From a virus (Duplodnaviria; Caudoviricetes): 64,000 nucleotides of DNA. The position numbers were made by a program, and so were the translations under genes. Below are positions 1 to 13,738 of this stretch, in pieces. Position 1 is the first letter of the stretch. Each line of letters starts with the position of its first letter. Under the pieces are notes generated by a model that worked only from the letters and a program-made list of their open reading frames with translations, searched no databases and was not told the DNA's origin. The stretch lies in the IMG/VR virus record IMGVR_UViG_3300031992_000016, positions 104,961-168,960 of that record; one strand, written 5' to 3'.

Positions 1-475
1 CATCATAGTCGATATAAAGCGCCTTATCAGTGCCAGATAATGTGCCGTTATGCCATTGAATTAAAACTGAACCATGTACGCCGGTATTTTCATCTAAACC
101 AACACAAGCAGCCAAGTCCATTGTATCAAAGTAACGAGGTACTTCAAAGAATACAACTTCTGCGAGGTGGTCGCCAACAACTGCAATACCATTCTTTTGG
201 AAATCAGCTGGGACAGTAATAACACCGCTATTTGTATTAATAACAAAATACTGTTCATCAAATGGAACTCTCACATACAAAGGTAAGCGAGTCTAATCTA
301 TATTAGGCTTATTACGAATAATATCTAATGCTTCGTAATATTGAGACAAAGTTTCTACTTGTTGTAACCCAGAGTCAGCAGCCAATTGTTTTCCAATAGT
401 CATTGGCTCTGCATTTTCATTCTCAAATAGAACTCTGTTTAAACCCCTAGTTAAGGATTCTTGAGTTACTAGCAT
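1..475 (-). CDS. Putative virion structural (baseplate/tail-associated) protein, 3'-truncated by window edge; TAG=Gln
   Basis: ATG at 475 with SD GAAAGGAG. In-frame TAG at 293-295, then the frame stays open to the window edge (TRLPLYVRVPFDEQYFVINTNSGVITVPADFQKNGIAVVGDHLAEVVFFEVPRYFD). Confidence 0.75.
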
Positions 476-500
476 AGCTCCACTACTCCTTTCTCATAAT

Positions 501-530
501 TCGAGGAGTGCATTAAGATGCACTCCTCGA
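501..530 (-). terminator. Perfect 13-bp stem-loop with weak U-tract; terminator, attenuator or processing site
   Basis: tcgaggagtgcat-taag-atgcactcctcga, intergenic, just upstream of the SD of the 475 gene. Confidence 0.55.
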
Positions 531-564
531 TATCTATATACTTATCAAAAAATTATTAAATATA

Positions 565-780
565 TTATACTACTTCGTCCCGCATACTAATTTCATACCA
601 ATTAGTTGCCTCATCTTCTGGCACGGTCACTGTAACCATTTTGCGCGTACCATCTGTTAATAACTTCCCAGCATCTGCGCGCAATCTAATCAAACGTACA
701 TAATATACATCTTCTAAGTGGATAGGAGTTTCTAACACCCCATTAGTTCCAAGATAGCGATAAATAACTTGACGTGTCAT
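565..780 (-). CDS. Small hypothetical protein (71 aa), TAG-free
   Basis: ATG with SD GAAAGGGAG; TAA stop; directly follows the giant 799-8844 gene. Confidence 0.8.
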   Translation of the reverse strand: MTRQVIYRYLGTNGVLETPIHLEDVYYVRLIRLRADAGKLLTDGTRKMVTVTVPEDEATNWYEISMRDEVV

Positions 781-798
781 TTGAGTATCTCCTTTCCA

Positions 799-3700
799 TT
801 AAATATCTCCATTAGGAGTATAAATAATAAAGTCTGGCGCATCGACGCGAGTACCATAGGTAGGATTGCTGCTTGGAGAAGTGTCTCTTAAAGAACCCCA
901 CAACTAGCTACCATAAGAACCAGTCTGTTCATCAATTCCACCGATAATATCATTTCTACTATATTCTGATAAATCTAAGTATAACATAATTGTTTTAGTT
1001 CTAACATCATTAGCAAACCAAGCAACCTGGCCATTATTATCTACAGGTGGATTAACAAAATTCTCACGACCTGCTTCACCAGTAAAGTCACGTCTAAATG
1101 GTGCTTGACTGCCATCTCCACCTTGACCATAACTTACTAATGCTGATGTATTAACTGGATTATCTACTGTACCAAATTCAATAGTTTCGTAGCCAATATT
1201 TTCAAATGCTCTTAATCCAATCTATGAAATATTAACATTGGCAGTTAATACAAGACGTGTATTAGCAATATATCTTGCTCCGCCTTCTTTATTAGCAGCA
1301 TCGTCTCTATTACGTAACAAACCAACTGAGTTCATTTGGATAAATGCTCTTGTGCCAATAACCGATGCATTAATTGGATCATGCAATACTAGGCGTGTAG
1401 CATAAGCAACTGCGCCAGGTCCAATTACATTTAATGACTGTGGTATATCAAGATGACGTAAGTTAGGCATATAAGCAAACGCACATGTACCAAATTCTGT
1501 AATCCGACAAGGATTTTGTTCATCATTCATACCTTCAAAGAAGATGTGAGTAATTTGCGCATTATGTGTCTGGCCATTCTCTACTGTTGCTGTTGGTACA
1601 TTATCTTGGATAATACCATTGGCTGCCATCTTTGTAACAGTATAATTAACTGTTTCACCACCGCCAACATCAACAGTAATTGTTCTTGGGATACAAATCT
1701 TACCGTAAGCTAATGGGCATCCCTTTTTAATACTAATAGAAACTTCAGTACCTTGAGCATTATTAGTAGCGATATTAAAGTTTTCTGTTGTACCAGGGAT
1801 AGGATAATCATATACGCTTACTGTTTTGAATTGTGCGAAGAACGTAATTGGCTTATCTGTTGTTGGAGTACGAGTTGAATTATAAGTATAATATACATCA
1901 TTAGCTTCTGGTACTTCTTTTGTGGTCCATCCTAAGAAATGATAAGTCTGTGCCAATGGCAACATTGAATCATCCTTATATGGATTAACTCTTGAGAATT
2001 GAATTGGCTCGCCTGCATAAGCAGTACCAGTTAATACATTCCCATCAAAATCAGTAGCAGGAGTAGTCGCATTAAACATATACGTAATTAAATATGGTGT
2101 TTTAGAATAAACTGCAACTAATGTATAATTAACTAAATTGCCGCCTGTTGGTTGCAAAGATAAAGAAGACAAATTAACTTCACCCATGCTATTTGCAGGA
2201 AGGATAGTACCAGCATCAATTAAATTTAATGCCTCGGTTTTATCTAATTGAGATGCCTTGGCACGCCATTGCTCAACGGTATATTGATTTTCGCCATCAC
2301 CAGCAATAGCCCAACCCATAAAGTCATAATGCAAACGACGTGGTTTTTCAAAATTCTCTGAATAAGATACCTGTGCATTACCAAATCCATTTGCATACTT
2401 TTGAGTGCCAAACTCATGCATGCTCTTACCTTCATCATCTAAGAATTCAATAAAGCGCGCACGATTAGCTTCTGTTACGTAATTTGCGGTAATATCAAGT
2501 TTATTGAAATTACCAGTAGCCTGATAGTAAGCAAAAATTTCTGCTTCATTTACTGGCGTACTTGAAGTATTATTGATATGTACTTTACCAGTAATAGTAG
2601 GAATTAATTTTTCATTCTTATTTGTAACACTATCTAGCAATGGACGGAAATGATAATTTTCAATGCTGCCTTGACTAATACGGTCTTGGATGAAATTATT
2701 AAACAATGATAAATTAGTGATTGGGCTTTCACCTTTTTCAGTATCATATAGATATAATAAACCATCACGTTTATCTTGTTCAAATTGTGTAATATTAACA
2801 CTAGGATTAATATTACCAGCACCAAAATAACGCACATATTTAATTTGATCTCTATAGTAATAATTTGCTTGCTGTGATTCATCATAGCTTTCATCAACAG
2901 CTACTTGATGATAAGGTGTCCAATCAGCATTTAAAACTTGGATACGCAAATCTGCAGAAGTACCAGTGTGTGCCGTCGTTGGATTAGCAATACGTTCTCT
3001 CTTTAATTTTACCAAATAAGCTAGCATCTTATAAGTATCATAGCCTAATAAAGTATCATCCATTTGATAATATTGAATAATAGAATTGTATTCATCTGGA
3101 ATTGCAGAAGTAGTTAATGCATAATCTAACTTATCAGTTAAATCTTCTATATATAAACCTTCTTGATTATTTCCAGCACTTGTCTATGATTTGCTCGTTA
3201 AAATTCTAGTTAATTTCAATGGTGAAATCAAAGACAAATTACCAATAGTCTTTGGCAAATAAACTGTAGTTAATACATTACCTGCAGGCATTGGCGCCTG
3301 TGCAATTTCAGTACCTAATAGTTTTAAAACTTCTAACTTCGGACAATCTTTAATATCTGGATCACCAGTTAATTGTTTTAAATTACTTAAATCAACTAAG
3401 CGTAATAATCCACGTGGTCCAATAGCAAAGCTGGTTAAATTATTGTTGTAATAACCTTCCCTATCATCACCAACTTTTAGCTCACGAATTCTGTCTGCAG
3501 AACCAAGCACAAATTCATTCAAATATTTAGGAGCTAAATCGCCTAAACTTGAAACATATTGTGGGCCTCTTACATAAGCTAATTGCTGCGTTAAAGCAAC
3601 ACCCAAAGATGCACGCTTACCAATTGAACTTGGTGGCTCAATAGTAACGTTTTCAGCAGTGCCGCCTAATTTAAATTTAACACTTGGTGCAGCAGTTTGG

Positions 3701-6700
3701 TCATATAAGACTGTAACATACTGTGATAAATATGGTGTAATTGTAAATGTTGCGTTAGAATCAAATTGTTCATGGCCAACCATATTGTCATCAGATGTTC
3801 TATCCTTATCATTTAAATTATAACGCATTTTAATTTGAGCACTTGTATTAATTGGGTCATATGCCGCAGCACTCCAGTGAGAATCAAGATAATTAAATCT
3901 ATTACGAATTAAAGACTAACGTTGTAATGAACGGTCACCTTGTAAGCAATAGAAATAATCAGATGTGATAACTGTTGAATGGTCAGGAGCAACATATCCT
4001 AAACCATTAATAGCTGGAGCAATATATTTATAAAATGCATCGTAGTTCTTCATAGATTCAGACCATCTGTTACTACTTGCAGTTTCATAATATTGCGTAA
4101 TCGCTTCTTGTGTTAAAGATTCACGAATTGCTTTATACAAGTTAGCAATTTCACGAGAGAAACACAACTGAACGTTATTCCATAAAACCGAACCATTACC
4201 AGAGAAAATAGAGTCTGTAGTTCCACTGGCAGAATAAACCTCAATATTAGCGACACCATTGTCGTCAAATACGGTTCTTGTTGTTAAAGGAGGAGTTGCA
4301 TCAACATCATAATCCCAATAAACCTGACCAGAGTTATTAATACCTAACTGCGTATCTAAGTCATAGAAAATAGGATACCAGATATAATCTCCGCCCTCAC
4401 GTTCAGGACCCCAAGAAGCAAGCATCATATTCTTTTGACGAGAGTCATATAGTAAGAAGAATTCAGTGAATACAAAATAGAAAAGTACATAAGCCAAATT
4501 TAAATGTTCGCTAAATTCATTGCGGAACTTAGCTAAGCGGTATCTGTCATTATCAATAGTAAATTTCTCATATAATACGCTAGCATCAAAACCATCAATA
4601 TCAATACTTAAATTTAATGTTATATATTTGACCCAATAAGTTGAATCACTATTATTAACATTAACAAAGGTAATACCTAAGTCATTTGCTAAATCAACGA
4701 CATGAGAACCATAATGCCAACGCCAATTTGGTTCTTCATTAGTACCATCGTTACTATAAATAAAGCCTTGCTCACCAACATATTCTTCATTAGTATGTTC
4801 TTTATCATCGGTTTCTAAAGATTTTAAGAAACTCCAAATCTTACTTGAATCAGTAATTTCAAAAGTAATGTCTGCAGAATCTTTTAGGTTACTATTTTTA
4901 ATTTCACCAGTTTTTGGATCAAGAGTTAAATGGTCTGTTAAATACGCACCCTTTTTAGTTACATGATTTGCAACTGTAATGGTAGCAGGAGTGTATTCAT
5001 TTGTATCACTATCATAATGATAATATTCTACACCTGGTTCATACTCAGTAGATAATGTACGATAATATTTTGTACCAATATCACGTACTGGCTGAGAAGC
5101 TTTTCTGCCAATATAAGAAGTAACGTCAGTCTAACGAATCCAATCCCAAAGTCTATGCAAGTTTTCAGTACGATTTACCCATTCAAAGGCATTACCATCG
5201 CCATCTTTACCAGAAACAACACCTGTACCTACCATTTCTGGATAACGCTGTTCAAAATGTTCAGAAATTTCATAATATTGAACTTCTTGTCCATTAATAG
5301 TAGTTGTACTTGTTGCTAACCAGTTATCTGCCACAGAGTCATCTTGGAACTTACCATGACCAGCTTGATTTTGACGGAATTCCCAACATTCACAAACATC
5401 AGCATATGTAGGATTGGTAATTGTTTTCAATGTACCAGTCTTCATATTTTCTTTATAGTTAGGATCATCTTCATCATCATTGACTTTAGTTACTTGCAAT
5501 GTGTGCAAATATTTATGAGTTGCTGGAATTACAGAAGGATTATCATCAGATTCTTCTTGTGTAGGATCAAAATCTGGATTAGCCTTTTCCTCATAAGTAA
5601 AACCAAAAGTGTTTTCACATTCTTTATGAGTATTAATATTGTAACGTCCAACAAACTTAATGTCGCCTGCGCCATTTTCCCAGAATAATAAGATTGGGAA
5701 ACCAAAAACAGTAGTACGATAATTTTCAGTAGCACCTTCTGGATCTAATCTCTTTAATGGGTGCCGCAAATCATAACCAGCACCTGAATAATTACCTGCC
5801 AAATAAGCAACTAAATTTGCGCCGGGAGTATTATGAGAAGAAGCACTATCCATATAATCAGCTTTTAATACTAATGACTTATTTTGCATACTGAATGCGA
5901 AATCTTGTCCATTAATTTTAGTACCAATAACTATTGTACCTTTATTCTTATTTGGGTCAGTAGCATTAGGTTTAAACTTGATATATTTATTTTTTACTTT
6001 TAAATCCGCTTCGGTAATTGCAATATTGGCTTCATCACCATCCCACCAACAAATTTGGAATGGATTTGGTTCTGCTACTTTATCTTTATCATTCCAGTCT
6101 GCTGAACCTTGCTTTAATTTAAGCTAGAAATTACGACGTGGATAACCTTGTGAAGAAGTACCTTGTACGTCAATAGTAACATTTGTAGCTTTCCAACAAC
6201 GTTCTGGATCAAATGGATCATAATAACGAATATTACATCCGTACTTATCGCCCTTTTTATATGGCAATTCATCCATTAATTTTTTAACGCCGTCAATTTT
6301 ATCAGTTTTAATTACCATAATAGGAATTAATTTTTTTGCTTTAGCGTTAGCGTATTCGATAAAGTTTTGCTTAGGATCTAAAATACCCTGGTTTTTATCA
6401 TAACGCTCTTTTTTAATTCTCAATGTTGGGCCATCTGCGGTCCAGTTTTGAGTAATACTACTGAAAGGCAAGTCATTCTCATAAATACGAATATTATAAA
6501 GGTCAATATCGCAATAATCAGAATAAATATATAAACCTTCACGACGTGTATTTGGATCCAAATTCTGCGCAAATGATTGCGTAAATGAAGAGTCTGCTGG
6601 GAAGGTTAAAATATTTGTAATAACGCCATTAATATAAGCAAAAATTACAGGCTTACCTAATGTTTTTGTTGAACCATCTTCCATCTTAAATGCTGGATTT

Positions 6701-8844
6701 TGAGAAACAACAAAAGAAACTTTAACACGAACATCATCTGTATAGCGTGCATTAACCAACAAAGATTTAGATAATGCCAAGAATGCTTCTTGAGTACCTA
6801 AGATTAAACCTTTATCAGAAGCATAATACTGTAAGAACGTGCCGCGGCCGTTAGTAGTAACTGTACGAGCAAGAACTTCACCACCAGTAAGCGGATTTTC
6901 TTGAGGTACTAAATTACCATCTTGATCAACAGCAAGACCTTTCTCATTAGCATGGTATTTACTCTCATCATAAGCAAATGCTTCTTGCAAATCGGAATCA
7001 TAATATTTATATTTTCTTTCGCCATTCTCATCTACTTCAGTTAATTGCTCATAAGTTAAATAAACTGTTCTTGTTTCAATTAATCGTGAATAGTCTGTTG
7101 CATTATGAATAGCAAATTCAAATTCATAAGTTTGGTTACCGCCAGCACTAAAAACTGAGCAAGGAATAAATACAGATGCGCCATTAGATACTCTTAAACA
7201 AGTATTACCATCATCATCTTTCAACCAACCATTATTGTACCAGTTAAAATTATTTAATTCAATTGGTGCATTTTCATATGATTGAGTTGTAAGATTATAT
7301 GTCTTTAATATATTGTTGCTTGCTTTCTTTGCTGTATTATTCCATTGAGCACGCTTAATTTTTGATTCATTATTAGAACGTCCAGTAGCAGATAATTCTA
7401 ATACAGCATCTTTTTCAGGTTCAAGAGTGTATTGTGAATTACGTGTTATTGTTACTTCAGTCGTCCAAGAAGTTTGACCAGCAACAATAGTAAATACGTT
7501 TTGTCCTAATTGATAATTACCAACTTCCCAATAGTTATAATCATTAGGATTATATGCTACATCTAAAGAACTAACTTCTTCACCATTAACATAGAAGAAG
7601 ACTTCTGTAGAAGCATTATTAGAAGGATCAACTACCATATAAGGAATGGTAATTAAAGTATAGTTTTCAAAAGTCGCTTCATGTTGGAAAGGAGACCAAA
7701 TAATTGGTGTTAAATTACCAGTAACGAACCAACCGATTTCATAATGTAAGCCACTTGTAATAGGAATGGTTACACCATTTAATGTCATTGTCGCTTCGAT
7801 GTCTAATGAATGATTACCGTGTGCGGCGTCAATAAACAAATCTGCCAAAGGAACCGCACCACTGGCTGAAGTAACGTCTCTTGTAATAGTGCGTTCTGTC
7901 GTAAGTCCGCGATCAATGGTGGCTGATATTTTCATATTTGACGTATCAATTAAAGCATTAAAATCAGTTTGACTCATAGAAGTATCATAGGTTACAGTAT
8001 ATGCATAATCAAAGTCATCTAAGGATTCTGCATTTTTTAACTCACGAGGCTTCCAGAAAATTTCATTTGCAACCAAATGAATATCAATAACTTGAACATT
8101 TTCCCAACTCTTAGGAGATTTACGTCCATTAACAGTTGCATATAGTTTTAAAATATTAGTACCTACACGCAAATAGTTATAAGGAATTTCAACCGTAGTT
8201 TCACCAGCATTAACATCGCAACGACCAATCATCATGGTTTCACGGAATGGTGCTACTGCTTCTTCGCTAGCATAGAACTCTACATATAAAGTACCATTAT
8301 GACCTTCACGTGTTAAGCTATCTAAGATACGAGCTTTCAAAGTAATGCTTGTACCAGAAACAACCATTGCTAATGGACTTTCAGTAACTAATACGGTAAC
8401 ACCAGAAGATTGCTCGCCTTCTCCACCACCGCCACCAGTACCAGCAACTAAAATTTTTGTAACATAGCAATTTTCATCATCAATATCTATAATACGATAT
8501 AATGAACCATCTTTGTTTAAAATAATATCATTCGCTCCATAGGTCTCCTATTTAACTCCCATTTCTTCATATGCTTCAGCAATACTTGAGCGAGGGAAGA
8601 TATTTGATGCTGCACCGTGACCACTTGGAGCAGGCAATAAACTTTCTACTTGTGAGCCATAGACAAATTTTATCCCAGATGCGCCAACAGAGTGTCTTAA
8701 TCCGTCAGCATCATCAAAATAAAGACGCTCTGTGTCTGTAGTAAAATATACAGCGCCAGGAGTAGTTGGTAATCCATCAATCGCATGTTCAGTACCGCGA
8801 TAAACAGAAAACGCATCTTGGGAAACAGAAGCTTTACTTGCCAT
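799..8844 (-). CDS. Giant multidomain virion/adhesin-like protein (2681 aa): LamG-like, CotH kinase-like, LRR, Listeria-Bacteroides repeats, BspA-type LRR; TAG=Gln
   Basis: Six track ORFs share one frame, joined by TAGs at 8548, 6124, 5131, 3916, 3184, 1222 and 904. SD GGAAAGGAG at the start, TAA at 799. Motifs DVQGTSSQGYPRRNF, LKADYMDS, DSRQKN, WYPIFYDLDT, YDFMGW/YHFLGW, ITEFGTCAFAYMPNL. Confidence 0.8.
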
Positions 8845-8866
8845 ACTTGTACTCCTTTCCTCTAAA

Positions 8867-8904
8867 TATCATAGCCATAAGAATGAATTCTTATGGCTAT
8901 GATA
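8867..8904 (-). terminator. Perfect 18-bp inverted repeat (hairpin) with weak U-tract
   Basis: tatcatagccataagaat-ga-attcttatggctatgata between the 8919 stop and the SD of the 8844 gene. Confidence 0.55.
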
Positions 8905-8918
8905 ATCTATATAATTAA

Positions 8919-10646
8919 TTAAAATGAACCCCAAACTAAATTAATAGCAACACCATTACTATTTGTGCCTGCACTTAATGCCAATGAAGAAGATTCAATA
9001 TAATGTGATGTCTTCTTATTGTTAGAACCATCGGCCAAAGTAAAGGTACTAATTAATTCAGCAGAATTTACATCAAGATCAACACTGTTGGCAATGTTAG
9101 TGATACCGCTACGAGTATCAGTAATAGTCATTGTCTCAGTTGTTAAACCATTAATATGACCAGAAGAATCATAAGTAACTCCAGTAACAAATGTTTTTTG
9201 CATTTGTACAACGCCATTAGTAGCTGTTGCGCCTACCATGGTTGAAGTAGAAGTAACTGGAGTAAATGTACTAGCAGCATGTCCAACACTTACAACTCTA
9301 CCGGCACCAGAGCCAGTTGAAGATACAGTAAATTTATTATCAAAATTAATAGTACCATAAGTATTATTATTACGAATTAATGTAATTTGGTTAGAATCGC
9401 TATCTGCATTGAACATATAAGTTGCAGTAACGTCTTCACCTGATCTTACATGAGTCCATTCAATACCATTCGCTGGTAAATAACCAGTAGTAGCATTTTC
9501 TGAATATCCATCTTTCGCACTCGCAATAACAATATCACCTGGTAAATATTGGTCTGCGCCAATAGTGAAACCTGACTAGACAGCATAAGTATCGCCAATT
9601 GAAATATTAGATGTCGGTAAAGCCGTAGTTGTAGAAGTCAATCCACCTTTAAACGTCATCGCATTAACTGCGCCTAATAAAGAATCAACTTGGCTTGTAC
9701 TATAAACATCTAAATCCCATGTTAAAGTAGTAACACGAGACGTGCCATTACCAGTAGAATTTTCAGTTGCTTTAACAGTCGTTTTACTACCAGCTTGACC
9801 ATACGAAATTTTTGGTGCCAATTTTGCACCAGACATATAAACAGTGCCTTGAGGAGTACCACTAGAAGGTAAAGAAGCATACCATTTACCTTGTAAAATA
9901 CCCTCTTCACCATCATAAGTTAAATACTCATCTTTACCAGTGGTAATAGTAACTGTACCTTTGGTATTTGTTGCATTAGACTCACTTAAACTAACGGCTG
10001 CACCGCCAGCACCTTTAATAGTAATATTACCAAGATTATCTCCACTACGGGTATTAGCTTGACCATTGCCAATTTTATACTCGGTTCCGATACTCAATAA
10101 AGTACCACCAGTTACCGCGGTAGCAGTTAATTTTGCAGTATCTACTTCTGATTCTGCCGTAATTGCAGGAGAAGCAGTAGTGCTACTACTGTCCTAGGTA
10201 AATTTAACAGTACTGCTATCAACTAATCTATAATTAGTGCTTCTTAAAACATCATTACCATTCTTTAATGCTTGAGTAATAGTAATTTGCCCACCATCGG
10301 TATCTAAAGATGTTATAAAAGCACTGACATATTCAGTAAATTCTTTTTGAGCATTAATCTGCTTCCATCTGGTTCCATCCCAAGCGCACAAAATATTTTC
10401 TGCTGCGATATAATAAATTGCATCTTTAGCTTTTGTATTACCTTGTGTATCAGCTTGGAATGTAGCCCATGACTATGTTACTCTGACAGTATCGCCCAAA
10501 CGAATACGTTGGAGACCTTTTGTGCCGCCAAAGTCATGGTCTAAATATATGGCTTGTTCATCAGTAGTAATTAAAATCTAACCATCTACTAGAGCAGCGC
10601 TGCTTAGATTATCTAACAAGCCTTTTTTAAAGACTACATTACTCAT
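8919..10646 (-). CDS. Putative tail fibre protein (575 aa), Thr/Ser/Gly-rich; TAG=Gln
   Basis: Three track ORFs in one frame; TAGs at 10578, 10473, 10194, 9576. Starts MSNVVFKKG with SD AAAGGAG; ends INLVWGSF-TAA. Confidence 0.75.
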
Positions 10647-10663
10647 GTACCATTCATCTCCTT

Positions 10664-11917
10664 TTAATTATTAATCGCTTCCCAGCGAAGCACAACCGCA
10701 TCAACAGCAGTCTATACATATTCTTCTACAGTATTATATTGAATATTGTTAATAGTTAAATCTCCAATACGAGAATCCATACCACCAGCACCGCCAGCAG
10801 TAACCCATTCGCCTAAAGCATTTAATACTAAAGAAGATTTATTGCCATTGCCACTATACACCGGAACAAGACCACTAGCTACGCCATTAAACGTTGGTAA
10901 AGTAACTGTATTATTAGTTTTAATTAAATTAATGTTTCCGACTTTAACATTTGAAATATAATCTGCAAATAATCCTGTCGCAGGTTTCATCTCACCAGAA
11001 ACACTATCTAATTCAGCAGGCTTACCAACTAATGATTCTAAAGTTGTAATTTTAGAATCTACTGCCGCAACCTCGCGGTCAGTTGCATAGCCAGATAATA
11101 CATCAGCAGTTTCAATCCACTCAGTGCCATTCCAAACATAGTTTTTATTATCAACAGTATAAACATCGCCATTAACAGGAGATAATTCATTTAATTCTTC
11201 TGCTTCTCCACGATATGTAAAAATTGAACCAACTGTTGATTCTAACGCAGAAATGCGCTGAGTATTACTAGCATTTAGAACTTGTAAATCTGCAACCTCT
11301 CTCGCAAGGGCCGAAACATCTTCCGCAACTACCCATCCAAAAATTAAATTATTGTTATAGGTAATAATACGAGGAACAAGCCCATCGCGCCAAGGATGAG
11401 TGGCATCTACTGTAACCTTAACGTATTGTTGAGTTGAAGTATTATAAGTATAATACTCAACTTCAAATCCTTTAAGACTTAAAGCATTGTTATGATTGAC
11501 AATAGTTTCATCATCAACGGCACCCAAAGCACTTTCAGAAAGGGCAGTTTCCAGATTTTTACCATTAGAAAGAATAACATTCTAAGCAGCAATTCGCTCA
11601 TTTAAAATAACCCAAGTAGTACCAGTCCATAAACCAGTCATAATTGTATTATTTTTTCGCCATAAAACAATATCACCAACTACTTTTTCTGCATCCGCGC
11701 CAGCTGCTAAAATAAATACATCCGCTGCCGTTGCTGTGCTAGGTACAATCGCAGTATAATTAAATACACGCTATTTCGTTGAAATAAGCGTAGTACCCTT
11801 ATATAATTCACCAGTGTCAGTAATAAAATATAAAATATTATTTAACTTTTCTTCTAATGCATTATAATCCGCTTTTGTACCAACCCGAAATAGAACACGC
11901 TCTTCGTTGTCAGGCAT
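10664..11917 (-). CDS. Putative tail fibre/adaptor protein (417 aa); TAG=Gln
   Basis: ATG 11917 (MPDNEERVLFRVGT) with SD GAAAGGGAG; TAGs at 11771, 11582, 10712; ends VVLRWEAINN-TAA. Has a coiled coil and a GDVYTV..YVWNGTEW module. Confidence 0.75.
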
Positions 11918-11988
11918 AACATTTTTCACTCCCTTTCTATATGGCTTGGTCTTTCTATTATATTCAAAATCACATAAGACAGATTAGT

Positions 11989-13737
11989 TTATCTCGCCCA
12001 CATTGCTCCACGTACTTTATTATTTTCATCCATAGCCACAAACGTATTCCCAACAACAACAGGATAAGCAGTTGCCAATACTCCATTCTCACCAAGAACC
12101 CAATAAGAACTTACTTCTTCTTGCCAGTCTTCTAGCGCTGCCAATCTGTTTAAAATTGTGTCTTCATCTGCGTGTTTTTCTCCACGACCTAATAAAGCAA
12201 TAACAGATGTTAAATCAATGCCTGATAAACTATTATAAATACCCCAAATAGTTGGTTCAGCATTTTCATTCATAGTATCTTGCGGCGTGCCAATTTGTGC
12301 CTATACATCAGCGATATCCTATGATAAAACATTCAACATACCATAAATTGTAGCGGTATCTACATTTTCACTATCATTTTCACCAAGTAATCCTTCAATA
12401 ATTTCTAAATCTTCATTGGCTTTAATTAATGTAGCATCTAAATGATCTAATTGATCAGAAACTTCCATACCTTTTGCTAATAAGCCACGAACAGTTGTTA
12501 AATCATATACTGGTGTCCATCCCTCAGGAGGTATTTGGTCTTTAGGAATGTATTGATCTGCATTATCTAAATCTTTATAATGCCATTCTCCGCGACCATT
12601 TTCTTCACGTTCGTGTCCCTCATAGCCAATTAATTCTAACATAGTATTCGCAATACCACGTAAAGTATAAGTATCTTTACCACCTGGGTCATTATGCGCA
12701 ACCTCATAAGTTGAATTAATAGTAGTATCTCTTGGCGTTCTTCTTGTAACAAATTGACCTGAAGTTGTCTCGGTTGCAACACCCACTCCACTTCCATATA
12801 CTACGTCCCATACCTAAGCAATAGTATTACCTATCTCAGCAAAATTAATATGTATGTCATATACATCTGGTAATGCCCCTGTTGCCGATGGGGAAGCAGA
12901 GCCTGAAGCAGCATTTATGTCGCGTGCATTATAAGGATATGATTTATAATGAGTAGGTTGATAAGTAAGCCCAACATTTAAAAAAGAATTTTCTATTAAA
13001 TTCTTATCACAATGCTCAAAAGGAGAAAATCCTTCCGTATTATATTCTTTAATACTACCAATACGATACAATGGAGTTTGTGACATATGTAATTCATATG
13101 TCAAACCACTTTTAAGTAAATAAGGCGCACGAAGACGCTCATTATTCATATTAACATTAACATAGCCACCAGTGAATGGAGCATCAATAATACATTCTAC
13201 TTGTGGTAAATATTCATTCAAACTAGCGATTTCTCTATAATAATATCCCTAATCTTTAGAATATAATTTAATAAATACTGAGTTATGCGCAGGTTCTAAA
13301 CTATGTGTAATATCTTGAAATATATTATCAAAATATGTATATAAAGGATCAGCTTCATCAATTTCGGCTAAATTAAATTCTGCTCCCTCTTCCATACTAC
13401 ACATATGATAGCCACTATTTGTATAATAATAATATCTTGTTCTCCAAGAACCAGCCAATAAATTTTCATATACAACACCTGGTTTTGGATCAATTACATT
13501 ATCAAATTGCGGACTTACTTGTGTATTCTGTGTATATGTATGATAAAATGTTTTATTGTTATTATTATAATAACCTAAAACAGTTTCTGCTGCACCATAA
13601 GTCACTAAGGCATAACGACCTACTAATACTCCATCATCTTGATGCTGCATCAATTCCCACCGTGATGTATAAACCTTATCAAATACAAAAGTAGGTTGCT
13701 AAGGAGTTGTTAAATTACCATAAAAATTTTCAGGCAT
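11989..13737 (-). CDS. Putative tail/baseplate structural protein (582 aa); TAG=Gln
   Basis: Four track ORFs in one frame; TAGs at 13699, 13249, 12814, 12319, 12301. Starts MPENFYGNLTTP; TAA at 11989. Confidence 0.75.
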
Positions 13738-13738
13738 A

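Noticed and set aside
799-2500. Diversity-generating retroelement target in the adhesin C-terminus
   Set aside because: No reverse transcriptase and no template/variable repeat pair seen in the window.
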